Origin: Raja brachyura
Lineage: Eukaryota
Length of the DNA: 64,000 nt
Direction of reading: 5' to 3'
NCBI GenBank assembly: GCA_963514005.1
Contig: OY740783.1
Span: 99,324,001-99,388,000 of the forward strand
The number at the start of each line of letters is the position of its first letter. Within the stretch, counting starts at the first letter, position 1. A model generated the notes under the pieces. That model saw nothing but the letters and a program-made list of their open reading frames with translations, was not told the origin of the DNA and made no database searches. This document shows positions 49,860-63,134 of the stretch, piece by piece. The position numbers were made by a program, and so were the translations under genes.

Positions 49860-51060
49860 TAGGCACTGATGCAGGCTTTACAGTAAACCCTTTGGAAATA
49901 GGCTGGGCAAAAGGAATTCCCCTGGACTGAATGATCATTCATCACACAGATGGGTGAAACTGGAACATGACAGGATGTGCTGGGGAAATGTGAAGACATT
50001 TTCAATCTAAGCATGTTGATGGACATCCAAGCTAAAATTCATGCTGATCCTGATGCTTTGCCAGAGTTTTTCAAAACAAATCTTATTCACGACACCCAAA
50101 TTGGAAGCAGAAATTGACAGGGTCTCGGAAAGAAAATAATTGAACCTGTGCAGCACTCTGAATGGCAGCATTCAATGTGCCATGTGAAAACATTATGGAT
50201 TCATCATCATTTGTTAAGTTTACAAGATGATCGTTAATTGAGCCTCAACCCTGCCAAACTCTCCCATTCCCAGAATAAAATATATATTTGCAGTTTTGTC
50301 TGGACAGCAGTTCACTCAATTATAAGTTCAGTTTAGTTTAAAGATACAGTGCGGAAACAGCCCCTTCAGAAAACCACGCCGACCAGCGATCCCATCACAC
50401 TACCGCTAGTTCTATACACACTGGGGACAATTTACAATGATACCATGATACCATTAACTCATAAACCGGTACGTCTTTGGAGTGTTGGAGGAAACCGGAG
50501 CATCCGGACAAAACCGACACAGGTCACGGGGAGAACATACAAACTCCATACAGACAGCACCCATAGTCAGGATCAAACCCGAGTCTCAGGTGCTATAAGG
50601 CAGCAACTCTATCACTGCACCACCGTGCCACCCATGCGCCACCGTACCGCCCATTGTTTCAATCAGATAATGTTAGAGAATCAGTTGTATGATTTTTTGA
50701 TTATCAACATAGATACTGTATATAACCGAGTACATCTGGAGTATTGTGTGCACATGCTGTCTGTCAGAGAACCATGGTTAAAATATTATTATTGCAGGGC
50801 ATTCCTATGGCCACTATATATTTGGAATGTGCTCTGAAAACCTTAAGGAAACCCCAAGGAAACTGGAGGAAGTGTCAAGCAGACTGGATAGGCCTGCTTA
50901 AAGAAAAGTATACTTTCCTGGCAAATAAGCTACAACAGCTGAGATATATGAGAATATGAGAATCTGAAGCAATTAAGTATAGTCAAGAATATAAAAAAGT
51001 CTGATGCCTGAAGGCTGCTGCATCCCAGGGAGTAATGATTTGCATGAAAGTCAGCAGGTT
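49860..51060 (+). mobile_element. Ancient Gypsy-type pol (RT) fossil interrupted by HE1 SINE
   Basis: AKIHADPDALPEFFK, IIEPVQHSEW, PIPRI..IFA.LSG, YNR..G...A..QRTM..ILLLQGIP..IYL across frameshifts. Confidence 0.7.
50325..50650 (-). mobile_element. HE1-type V-SINE
   Basis: Minus strand head GGCACGGTGGTGCAGTGATAGAGTTGCTGCCTTATAGCACC, V core and (AAACT) tail. Confidence 0.82.
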
Positions 51061-51569
51061 ACGCAGCAACTGCAGAGAGAGCCCACATTTCAGATTCTAG
51101 ATTCTACATCGAAACTGGCAAATTGTTTCAGAGCTGGATAGTTAATGTAATATCTCTGACCCAGTGATTTACATCTCAGAGTTTTGAAAGAGATGACTGA
51201 ACAGAGAGTGGATGCTCTAGCTATCATCATCCAAACTTAGATCAACTTTGAATTGAAGGGCACCAAATGTGACCCCTAATATTACAGAAAGAAAAGAAAA
51301 CAATAGCAAGGTATTGCCAACCTGTTACCCTAATGCCAGTGGTAGGGAATGTGCTGGTATCTATAATGAAGGGTTTAATAGCAGAACATCTTGAAAATAA
51401 TAATAGGATTGAACAGAGTCAACATGAATTTATGAAGCAAAAATCATGCTTGACTAATTTGCTGGAGTTCTTTGATAATGTATCCTGTAGAGTAGAGCAG
51501 GGGGAACCTGAAAAAGTTGTGTATTTTGACTTTTGGAGGACAATCAGTAAGGTATGGCATGTTGATCAA

Positions 51570-53592
51570 CAGTATATTTTGAAAAATATAAAAGTGGATA
51601 AGTCTCCAGGTCCTGACAGGATATTCCCTAGGACATTGAGGGAAGTTAGTGTAGAAATAGCCGGGGCTATGACAGAAATATTTCAAATGTCATTAGAAAC
51701 GGGAATAGTCCCCGAGGATTGTACTCGCTGGAATTTAGAAGATTGAGGGGGGATCTTATAGAAACGTACAAAATTCTTAAGGGTTTGGACAAGCTAGATG
51801 CTGGAAGATTGTTCCCGATGTTGGAGAAGTCCAGAACAAGGGGTCACAGTCTAAGGATAACGGGGAATTCCTTTAGGACCGAGATGAGGAAAACATTCTT
51901 TACACAGAGAGTGGTGAGTCTCTGGAATTCTCTGCCACAGAAGGTAGTTGAGGCCAGTTCATTGGCTATATTTAAGAGGGTGTTAGATGTGGCACTTGTG
52001 GCTAAAGGGATCAGGGGGTATGGAGAGAAGGCAGGTACGGCATACTGAGTTGGATGATCAGCCATGATCACATTGAATGGCGGTGCAGGCTCGAAGGGCC
52101 GAATGGCCTACTCTTGCACCTATTTTTCTATGTTTCTATGTTTCTATGATTGGTGTACTGCGCATGTTGTTCCATTGTTTAAAAAGGGTTCTAAAAGTAA
52201 ACCTAGCAATTATAGACCGGTTAGTTTGACTTCAGTGGTGGGCAAATTAATGGAAAAGATACTTAGAGATAATATATATAAGCATCTGGATAAACAGGGT
52301 CTAATTCGGAACAGTCAACATGGATTTATGCCTGGAAGGTCATGTTTGACTAATCTTCTTGAATTTTTTGAAGAGGTTACTAGGGAAATTGACGAGGGTA
52401 AAGCAGTGGATGGTGTCTATATGGACTTTAGTAAGGCCTTTGACAAGGTTCCTCATGGAAGGTTGGTTAAGAAGGTTCAACTGTTGGGTATAAATGCAGG
52501 AATAGCAAGATGGATTCAACAGTGGCTGAATGGGAGAAGCCAGAGGGTAATGGTGAATGGCTGTTTGTCGGGTTGGAGGCAGGTGTCTAGTGGGGTGCCT
52601 CAGGGATCTGTGTTGGGTCCTTTGTTGTTTGTCATGTACATCAATGATCTGGATGAAGGGGTGGTAAATTGGATTAGTAAGTATGCAGATGATACCAAGA
52701 TAGGGGGTGTTGTGGATAATGAAGAGGATTTCCAAAGTCTACAGATTTAGGCCAGTTGGTAAAATGGGCTGAAAGATGGCAGATGCAGTTTAATGCTGAT
52801 AAATGTGAGGTGCTACACCTTGGCAGGTCAAATCAAAATAGGACGTACATGGTAAATGGTAGGGAATTGAAGAATACAGTTGAACAGAGGGATCTGGGAA
52901 TAACCGTGCATAGTTCCTTGAAGGTGGAATATCATAAAGATAGGGTGGTAAAGAAAGCTTTTGGTATGCTAGCCTTTATAAATCAGAGCATTGAGTATAG
53001 AAGCTGGGATGTAATGTTAAAATTGTACAAGGCATTGGTGAGACCAAATCAGGAGTATGGTGTACAATTTTGGTCGCCCAATTATAGGAAGGATGTCAAC
53101 AAAATAGAGAGGGTACAGAGGAGATTTACTGGAATGTTGCCTGGGTTTCAACAGCTAAGTTACAGAGATAGGTTGAATAAGTTAGGTCTTTATTCTCTGG
53201 AGCGCAGAAGGTTAAGGGGGGACTTGATAGAGGTCTTTAAAATGATGAGAGGGATAGACGGAGTTAATGTGGACAAGCTTTTCCCTTTGAGAATAGGGAA
53301 GATTCAAACAAGAGGACATGACTTTAGAATTAAGGGACAGAGGTTTAGGGGTAACATGAGGGGGAACTTCTTTACTCAGAGAGTGGTAGTGGTGGGAATG
53401 AGTTTCCAGTGGAAGTGGTGGCGGCAGGTTCGTTGGTATCATTTAAAAATAAATTGGATAGGCATATGGATGAGAAGGGTATGGAGGGTTATGGTATGAG
53501 TGCAGGCAGGTGGGACTAGGGGAAAAAAGTTGTTTGGCATGGACTTGAAGGGCCGAGATGGCCTGTTTCCGTGCTGTAATTGTTATATGGTT
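51570..53592 (+). mobile_element. CR1 LINE with near-intact RT domain, inside an older CR1 (51200-53820)
   Basis: KSPGPD, PLFKKG..NYRPVSLTS, DFSKAFDKVPH, GVPQGSVLGP, KYADDTK; frameshift near 52745. Confidence 0.95.
51720..52147 (+). mobile_element. Young CR1 3' fragment nested in CR1 ORF2
   Basis: Splits PED/W of the host ORF; GATTG on both sides; near-identical to 43952-44436. Confidence 0.9.
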
Positions 53593-54504
53593 AAGATACA
53601 AGCACCTGTAAGTAGGGCTAATATATTCAAAGGAACTAGTGAGGACATCTTCGAAGATGGCTTGGTTAGAGAAGCTTTCCGCCGCAGAGAAGTGGTTTGA
53701 GAAACAACCTGCTCTGCTTCTGTAGAATCAAGGTTGTAGAGAGGGCTGGACAGCAGCTGGACAATAAGATTGGCTCATGGGTTCAATGTGCCTAATTTTG
53801 TTCCTGTTTCTTATGGTGCCTCATTTACTTTGTGAGACGGAAAATTCTGCATTCTTATCATTCTCCAGCTAAAGAACTAACCATTAGCTAGCTAATCCAA
53901 GTTAATATGTTCTTGCCATCCCATGGTGTCAAATAAAATTAAATGACAAGAGGCAATCCACTGGAAGGAGATGCATGGCTATATATGAAAAGAAAAGGCA
54001 AAACAATGCAATTTCATGGAACATTATTAAATGACTGGGTATGAGACAGTCTTCCAAACTTCAATTCAAGTTCAACAGTTCCAGCCACTGATTGTCAATG
54101 GAAATTTGAAGAACTGCTGAGGCTAGAATTAAAATTAGCAGGTCAGGCAGCATCTGTGGAAAAGAAACAGAGTTAATGTTTCAGGTTGAAGACTTTTCTT
54201 CAAAAATAGTCTTCCATTAATTTTGTTATACTCATTACACCTTCATTGCACCCACATTTTTGGTTTCTTTACTTGTTCCATAACCACACTTGTACCATCA
54301 GTACTTGTCAATTCAACTGTTCCAGTCTCCATGTAACAAATCTTCCCTTGTAACATCTTCCCTTCTCCATGTAACAAATCAACACTTGTATGATGTAGCA
54401 AATGATCATCAATGATCTTTTCTTAATTTCCCATCAACCTGAAATGTAATTCTTTCTCTCTCAGTAAATGCTACCTGGCCTGCTGAGTATTCCAGCGCAT
54501 GTTC

Positions 54505-54728
54505 ATAAGTTCATGTTCATAAGTGATAGGTGCAGAATTAGGCCATTCGGCCCATCAAGTCTACACTGCCATTCAATCATGGCTGATCTATCTTCTCCTC
54601 TTAACCCCATTCTCCTGCCTTCTCCCCATACATCCCTGACACCCGTACTAATCAAGAATCAATCTATCTCTGCCTTAAAAATAACCATTGACTTGGCCTC
54701 AACATCCTTCTGTGGCAATGAATACCAC
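54505..54728 (-). mobile_element. CR1/HER1 3' end
   Basis: Reverse complement of GGGCCGAATGGCCTAATTCTGCACCTATCACTTATGAAC. Confidence 0.8.
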
Positions 54729-55789
54729 ACCGGGTCCTCCATTATCTTCCCCCTCCCTCGCCGCGATCCCTCACGCTCCCGCGAGGCATCGCCACCGCTG
54801 CGACTCTTCACCACTGCCGAGGCCCCATTGCCACGAGGCTTCACCGCTTCACCACCGCCGAGGACGCACCGCTGCCGATGCCCCACTTCACGTGTCCGTC
54901 TTGTCTGTTGGTCAGCGCCATTCACTCAGCCGCTAACATGCGTCTCATTTTCAGCTCGGCATCCCACAGCAGATGCAATGAGACAACAGCATTCATTGTT
55001 TTAAAGAACCACGATTAAAGTAATTCCAGTGTCAGCTTGTGCAGACTCTGTGATATCATCAAAACTCCTACTATAATTGGATTAATCTAAAAGTGCCAAG
55101 TTATGAGGCACATTCCCCGAGAGACCAGCTCACTCACCCTTAATTGGAAGTCCTGGTGCCATTTTTCATGAAGAGTTCAGTGATCTGTCTTCTATGCCTG
55201 ATACGAGTCCTTACATTACTTTTGCTCCTCAATCTAGAGCTCATTATTTAATTTACTTTACTCAAATTTCACACAACGACTGCGGCAGGTACTGTCGCAA
55301 CGTTTAAGAAACATTTAGACAGGTACATGGATAGCACAGGTTTAGAGTGATATGGACAAATGCAGGCAGCTAGGACTAGTTTAGATGGGACATGCTGGCC
55401 GATGTGGTCAAGTTGGGGCGGAGGGCCTGATTCCATGCTGTATGACTATGACTCCATGGCTCCAGTGAGGAGATTATATTGTTAGAAGACAGCATCAAGC
55501 TTGCTTGAGTTATACAAAAATGATGCACTTCATAGTCACACAATAGAAGCAATTACAAATTTTGTTTAAGTTTTAAAGACTGACTTTTAAATAAAATGTA
55601 TAATAAAATAAAATATGGCACAGAAACAGATTATTCAACTTAAACCTATTTCATACAAACTCCTTCCTATTCTTCTTCAGCCCGTTCCTATTCCTGTCCC
55701 TGTTTCTCCTTTGTTATACGTTCTAGCATATCCACAGATCCTTCCATTCATTTCCCCCTGTGGGGTATATCCAGCCTCCTCTAAAAAAA

Positions 55790-56260
55790 ACATCTGTGCT
55801 GGCCATCTCCCATTCTCACCACTCTGCGGGTAACGTCGATAAAACTGATGCATTTTGCATGAGTGGAGAAGGCAGCAGCAATGTTGTTGATGTAGCAGAA
55901 ATAAAGTGTCAGCGAGTGGGGCTGGACTATTTTTGGAACAAGGACAGCTCCACATACCCAATCGAAAGGCAGGTGTAGCCGGGATTCATGGCTGCACCTT
56001 TGATTTGTAAAAAGAGGAATTAAGAGATTGTTTAAGGTAAGAACAAGTTCTTGTAGGTGGAAGAGAGTGGTAGTAGTTGGTAACGACTATGGCCTGTGTT
56101 CCAGAAAGAGATGGAGAGCTTTAAAGCCTTCCTGGTGGGCGTGAAAAAGTACAGGGACTGGACATTCCTGATGAAAATGAGCCAGGGAATTGGAATTTGT
56201 CAAAATAATGGCGGGCATGTGAGATGTCCCCGATGTGGGTGGGAAGGAACTGGAAAAGGG
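55790..56260 (-). mobile_element. Old Penelope RT fossil
   Basis: Minus strand HQEGFKALHLFLEHRP and PGYTCL.IGYVE..LFQ resemble PLE RT motifs. Confidence 0.6.
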
Positions 56261-56735
56261 ATGGGGTGGGGAGGTGGGAAACAAGACCAGTTCATCGGTA
56301 GAAGTCATTGTCACAGGTGCCTGTGGAGGCCATTGGGTATTTAAAAATGTATTTTTCAACCCATGGCCTCCTATCATTGCCAACTATCTCCTCACACTTC
56401 AGGCTTTAGCCCCTTGGGTTCTCAGTATCCCTGTCACTTGTTCCTATTGAAAAGCCAATTATCTGACCAAAGTTTGAATGCTTCCGCCCTCCACCATCTG
56501 ATTTGCAGAACCACACACCTTGGCAATGGCACAGAGCACGCAAATCACAACAAAAATTAACATTTCTTGGTCTTGGTGAAATATAGTGGATAGTAAAACA
56601 AACTGCTGCAAGAATTCAGCAGGTCAAGCAGCATCCGTGGCGAACACATCAGGTCTGGGAGTGTAGAGGGAAGACAGCCAGTATCTAGAAGGGGGTGCGA
56701 AAGATGAGACAGAGGCTAATAGGTGATAGGTGGAG

Positions 56736-57770
56736 GTAGACACAAAATGCTGGAGTAACTCAGCAGGTGAGGCAGCATCTCTGGAGGGAAGGAATGGGCG
56801 ACGTTTGTGGTCGAGATGCTTCTTCAGACTGATGTCAGGGGAGGGTGCGGGACAAAGATAGAATGTTGTCGGAGACAATAAGACTAGTGGGAGAACTGAG
56901 AAGGGGAAGGGGATGGAGAGAGAAAGCAAGGGCTATAAAAAGTTAGAGAAGTCAATGTTCATACTGCTGGGATGTAAACTACCCAAGCAAAATATGAGGT
57001 GATGTTCCTCCAATTTGTGCTGGGCCTGACTCTGACAACGGAGGAGGCCCAGGACAGAAAGGTCAGATTGGGAATGGGAGAGGGAGTTGAAGTGCTGAGC
57101 AACCAGGAGATCAGATAGGTTAAGATGAACTGAGCGGAGGTGTTCAGTGAAACGATCGCTGAGCCTGTGCTTGGTCTAACCCATGTAGAGAAGTAGACAC
57201 CTGGAACAGCAGATACAGTAGATGAGGTTTGAGGAGGTGCAAGTGAACCTCTGCCTCACCTGGAAAGACTACTTAGGTCCTTGGATGGAGTCGAGGGGAG
57301 AGGTAAAGGGGCAGGTGTTGCATCTCCTGTGGGTTGCTGGGGAAAGTACCTAGTTTGGTTTGGTTTGGGTGGTTTGGGTGGTTTGGGTGGGAAAGGATGA
57401 GTTGACCAGGGAGTTATGGAGGGAACGGTCTCTGTGCAAAGCAGAAAAGGGGCGGAGATGGGAAGATATGGCCAGTAGTGGGATCCCGTTGGAGGTGGCG
57501 AAAATGTTGGACGATTATACAGGGTGTGCAGTATGCGACGTCTGATGGGGTGGAAGGTGAGGACAGGGGGGACTCTGCCCTGGTTACGAATAGGGGGAGA
57601 GGGAGTAAGAGCGGAGCTGCGGGATATTGAGGAGACCGTAGTGAGAGCCTCGTCAATAATGGAAGATGGGAACCCCCGTTTCCTAAAGGACATGTCCGAT
57701 TCCCTGGTATGGAACACCTCATCCTGAGCGCAGATGTGGCATAGGCGGAGGAATTGGGCGTAGGCAGATG
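56736..57770 (-). mobile_element. Penelope-like element 3' half: linker, GIY-YIG endonuclease and pLTR
   Basis: FRKRGFP..RVPPVLTFHP, FTCTSSNLIYCICCSRC.LLYMG*TK.RL.DRF.EHLRSV, then TGACATCAGTCTGAAGAAG..AAACGTC pLTR. Confidence 0.9.
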
Positions 57771-59185
57771 TGGCGTAGATGGAATGAGGTGAGGGATGGA
57801 CAGATGGAACCCAGTGGGGGAGTGTGACGTGTCTTCATAACAAAGGGGAAGGGGGAAAGAGGGGAACAAAGGGAGAGAGATGGGTGCACTGGTGGAAGTG
57901 GGAAAGGAACCCAGGGATACCTGAAATTAGATAAATTAAGTGTTCATACCATTGGGATGCAAGCTACCCTCGAGGAATAGGAGGTAGTCATTTGTTACAT
58001 CATTACCAGGACCCATCAAATGATTAGAAAATCCTTTGGGATTGGCAAAATGCAGTTGCCTTTGCATAGTGTTGGATAACCGTGTTCATTCAGAGTAAAT
58101 TAAAATAATTTGCATAGACTTAGAACGGCCAGTTGCAGAAAAATCCCCGTCTCCAGAGCATAAACATCAAACAGCCAGTGCACAGTATTGAATGCCATCC
58201 TGCCCACTCAGAGATAAACCATGAATTCATCCTCACCACATGCACTAAATCCACAAACATCGTAGACTGCCTCCAAACGTGGTTCCATTAGTTTCAGAAA
58301 TGGCGTGCCTGCATAGCCATTTCCAGCTTCTCTTGTCCCAGTGGAAGTGATTGAAATTAATTTCTAATCTTAGGCTCTCAAGTGCATCACCAAAGCCTGA
58401 GTGAGTACAGAAGGCCCAACAATGTAATGGCGTCATTTACCTGCTCAAAACCATAGAATTAAAACAATGATTTTCCTTCAACGTCAGCCCTGCAGGATGA
58501 CCAGAAAATAGACTACCCTGAAACCAGATCCCAAAGAAAGGAGATGTTATTCTTTGATGGCTTCCAAAGGTTAAATGATGCAGCAAGATTACACAAACTG
58601 TGGGTGGTTATTTGAAGAGTAAAGAGAAGGAACTATTTCTTCTGGCAGGGGAATTAAAAAACCAGTGGGAATATTTTCAAATTTGCAGCATGCTGTTCAG
58701 AGAAGCTCAGAAACATGCCTGCAGAGAGAAGGGGAGAAGCTTGGAAATGCTTCCTTTTTTCAGAGATAAACTACGAGGACAGGTTGCACGGAAAATGTTA
58801 ATATTCTATTGTTTAAAGAGGTTTAAGGGGTGGCATAATTGAAGCGTACATTATTAAAATATGGAATAAATGGAATAAAATATGATAAATGGAAGCTTTT
58901 ATCTCTCCTGTGAGAAATACATTGAAGCACTGAGGAAATGAGTGTGGAGATTGGCAGCATGGTCTAAGAAGTGAGTACAGCGTTGTATTGCCGAGGGCTT
59001 GTAATGTCAGGTTGATCTAATCGATGGGATGTTGGGTTGACCTTACTGGGGAATTGCTAGCTTCCTGATATTAAATTTTAAACTAAACTTCCAAGGGAAG
59101 AGTCACTCGAACAACAGAACCGTTTCGGTATTTCAAGAGCAGAACTGAACCAGGGGTCAGAACAGAAGTAGAACAGAAGACCAGA

Positions 59186-59503
59186 ACAGAGAGTTGTGAG
59201 TCTGTGGAATTCTCTGCCTCAGAGGGCGGTGGAGGCCGGTTCTCTGGATACTTTCAAGACAGAGCTTGCAAGGGTTCTTAAACATAGCGGAGTCAAGGGA
59301 TATGGGGAGAAGGCAGGAATGGGGGGTTACACAAAAAGCTGGAGAAACTCAGCGGGTGCAGCAGCATCTAAGGAGCGAAGGAGATAGTCGAGACCCTAGA
59401 ATGGGGTACTGATTGGGGATGATCAGCCATGATCACATTGAATGGCGGTGCTGGCTGGAGGGGCCGAATGGCCTACTCCTGCACCTATTGTTTATTGTCT
59501 ATT
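59186..59503 (+). mobile_element. CR1 3' end with nested minus-strand pLTR piece (59325-59398)
   Basis: GAATGGGG at 59317-59324 and 59399-59406 flanks a piece of the same pLTR subfamily as 34052-34140. Confidence 0.8.
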
Positions 59504-60699
59504 GAAACAAGAACTGCAATTGCTGGTTTACAAAAAAAACAAAGTATTTCCAGCGGGTCAGATAGGATCTCTGGAGGACTTGGATCGGCAACCCTTCTTC
59601 TGACAGATTGTGGGGGAGGCTTTGCTCTGCCCTTCCCCTCTTCCAGTTTTATTAGTTTCCCCTCCCTCACCATCAGATTGAAGAAGGGTCCTGACCCAAA
59701 ATGTCACCTATCCATTTTCTCCTGAGTGGCTGCCTGACCCACTGAGTTACTCCAGCACTTTCTGCCAGAACAGAAATGCTGGACTGGGAACAAGCTGGGG
59801 CACAAAAGCAAACTAGAAGTACACCAATCTTGCCTAAGGTAATGTCAGGCCAAGTCTGGTTAGATATTTGAAGAGGTTTCAAAACATTAACGCCTGACAC
59901 ATCACTCCACCCCCACTTTTCCTGCCATTAGTCACTCAGCATATCCATCCCATATTACCCTAAATTAACAAAACTGCAGAAAGCAAATGTTGTCCAACTA
60001 GAAAAAATGACTCTCAGTTCAACAGCTTCTTCTCCAACCATCTCTTCCCAAATCCAGTATTTATGCAACTAGAAAGTGTGAAAAGGAATATTTTAAAAAA
60101 CACATATTTCAAAACACAACAACTATGCTCCTTATATTCATCTTTAACTCAAGGAAACTGGACCCATTAAGATTAGGAAAGACCAGTTCAGTTTAGTTTC
60201 AGTTCAGTTTTGTTTAATGTCACATGTACCGACTTACAGTGAAAAAACTTTGCAGTGTAGTGACCAGGAATAATGCTGTGCAGGAAGGAACTGCAGATGT
60301 TGCTTTACTCCGAAGAAAGATACAACATTCTGGAGTAACTCAACAGGCAGACAGATTTATCTCTGGAATAAAGGAATAGGTGACATTTCAGGTTGTGTCC
60401 CGACTTCAGAGTCAGGAGAGATATGGAAGGGTGAGGTGTGAAAATGACAGATCAAAACAGAATGCTGTGCTGGCTGTAGCTATTGCGCACAAGTTCATAG
60501 AGGTCTTTATAGCATGGAAAAAGAATCATAAAAAAAAACACATTTCTTTTGAATAGTCTTAAAATAGTGTCTAAAATTTCATCTCAAATGTCTCAAGGCA
60601 GGGTGGGGTAGGGGAGAGTGTTGGGAGGTGGTTACAAAGGAGCAGCAAACAAAATCTGACACTGAGCCATAAAGGACAATACCAGGCTGGTAACCAAAC

Positions 60700-61517
60700 C
60701 TAGATGAACCTACAGGCACTTGGGACCCATTGGAACCTGAGGAATGGTTCCCTGTGCAGTCTGCCCAGTTTGTCTGGCGAAATGCCTCATTGCCCAAATT
60801 GACCAACAAGCACCAAGACCCTGGTGGGCTGCCGGTGACAGGGGTCCTCCCAGCCAGATCCGTCCTATATCATTGGAGTCCTACTACTGATGCACGCTGC
60901 TCTCAGGATGACTGCTATCGAAAGGAGACAGTTGCCCATTTTTTCACTGAGTGTGGATTTGCACAGAGTGCCTGGAGAAGGATGTAAGGATCCTTGTCAC
61001 GGATCATCCTGAACAGCTCCTTAACAAAGGACACTCTGATTTACGGGCAGTTCTCAGGGCTACACTTGGAGATGGACATCGTGCTGCTGCAAGACCATCA
61101 ACTTATTCAATAAGTTATTGACAGATGCTCTTTGGTCTGTTCATAAATTGTTGGCTCCCAGCACAGTGAGATCCCCATCAAGGAATGTTGCTGACAGGCC
61201 CATTCCAGACTGCAGGATTACGTGCTGAAGGATGCACTGAAACTTGGTGCAGCCAGCGCAAAGGCTCTGTGGGAGAGGACTGTCTGAGGTCCTTTCACTG
61301 CTGGGCATTGGGGGACAAAGACCATTGGGGTCTCCCCACAAACAAAGGAAGGAACATCACCCTAGGGGTCTCAGGATTAGCAAGGGTGTTTTGTTTAAAG
61401 ATAGCTGCTGCACACCACTGACTATGACACTTTTGAATATATGAAAAGATTTTGCACAGTTTTTGTTTTGTATATATTTTTAATTCGGAATAATGTTTAT
61501 TTTTTAAATAATAAAAC
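60700..61517 (+). mobile_element. Degenerate Tx1-clade LINE 3' fragment
   Basis: VWRNASLPKLTNKHQD, C..DDC..ETVAHFFTECGFAQSAW, RLQDYVLKDALKLGA. Confidence 0.75.
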
Positions 61518-61567
61518 ACCTGATGAACTAGATAGGTTTCAATGAGAAGCAGGATGAGGAGGTGGAT

Positions 61568-61706
61568 NNNNNNNNNNNNNNNNNNNNNNNNNNNNNNNNN
61601 NNNNNNNNNNNNNNNNNNNNNNNNNNNNNNNNNNNNNNNNNNNNNNNNNNNNNNNNNNNNNNNNNNNNNNNNNNNNNNNNNNNNNNNNNNNNNNNNNNNN
61701 NNNNNN
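61568..61706. other. Assembly gap
   Basis: Run of 139 N. Confidence 0.99.
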
Positions 61707-61874
61707 GAGATAAAGAGACAAAGTTGCATGAGTTGAGAATTCCAGAGGTGAGGTCCCAGGTAACTGAAAGGACAACCACCATTGATGTAGTGATCACATT
61801 CAGTGCACGTTAGAGGCCTGAATTGGAGGAATGCAAGAACAAAAGCGTTATGCAGTGTTGTGGTGCTGGAGATA

Positions 61875-63134
61875 CAAAGGTGAAGCATGTTTAAGAAGGA
61901 ACTGCAGATGCTGGAAAAATCAACGGTTGATAAAAATGCTGGAGAAACTCAGTGGGTGAGACAGCATCTATGGAAGGAAGGAAGAGGCGGAGACAATGGG
62001 CTGTGGGAGCCTCCCCTTTCCAGCTCTCCGACTACCCACTGTCACGCCTCTTCCTTCCTTCTTCCCGCCCCACCACCCCTACATCAGTCTGATATGCGAT
62101 TGGATCCTGAGTTTTCTGATGGAGCGACCGCAGGCAGTGAGACTGGGGCCGCACCTGTCCTCCACTATCACCCTGAGCACTGGCACACCACAGGGCTGTG
62201 TACTGAGCCCCATGCTCTACTCCCTCTTCACCCACGACTGTGTCCCTGCATTTGACAACAACACCATTGTCAAATATGCAAACGCCACAACGGTGATCGG
62301 GCTGATCACCAACGGTGATGAAACAAACTATAGAGCGGAGGTGCAGAGCCTGGCGGACTGGTGTTCACAGAACAACTTGTCGCTAAACACCTCCAAGACC
62401 AAGGAGCTGATTATCGACTTCAGGAGGTCACAGAATGGTGAATACGCCCCAATCTCCATCTACGGGGACAGTGTGAAGAGAGTGTCCAGCTTCAAGGTTC
62501 TGGACACTCACATCTCAGAGGACCTCACATGGTCCACCAACACCGCTGCACTGATCAAAAAAGCACAGCAACGACTGTTCTTCCTGAGAACATTGAAACG
62601 GACTGGTCTGCCCCAACAGCTGCTGACGACCTTCTATCGCTGCACCACAGAGAGCATTCTAACGTATAGCATCTCTGTGTGGTATCTCAGCTGCACGGAG
62701 ACGGAGAGGTGAGCTCTTCAGCGCGTTGTCCACAGAGCGCAACAGCTTATTGGGACACAGCTACCAGCCTTGGAGGGCATCTACCACACATGGTGCCTCA
62801 GGAAGGCCGTCAGCATACATAAGGACTCCTCTCACCCTTGTAATGGACTGTTCAAACTACTCCCTTCCGGCAGACATTACAAGGCCTTCTACGCCCGCAC
62901 TACCAGACTCAGGAACAGCTTCATTCCCAGAGCTATAGTGGCTCTGAACCGGCCCTGCCACTTCTCGAAGTTGCAAACCAAATCTCGTTACACTTATGTG
63001 TAATGCCAATAAAAAAGATATTATTATTAAGAAGGGTCTCGACGCGAAACGTCACCTTTTCCTGTGCTCCATAGATGCTGCCTCACCCACTGAGTTTCTC
63101 CAGCATTTTTTTTGACCTTCAAAGGTGAAGCATG
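61875..63134. mobile_element. Penelope inverted-pLTR mini-element with 15-bp TSD, split by Rex1
   Basis: CAAAGGTGAAGCATG at 61875-61889 and 63120-63134; minus pLTR about 61890-61983; plus pLTR halves end at 62092 and resume at 63030. Confidence 0.85.
62093..63029 (+). mobile_element. Rex1/Babar LINE 3' fragment
   Basis: [43 protein letters not shown]; AATAAA plus (ATT)n tail. Confidence 0.92.

Noticed and set aside
61295-61888. ORFs spanning poly-X
   Set aside because: Artefacts of the N gap.
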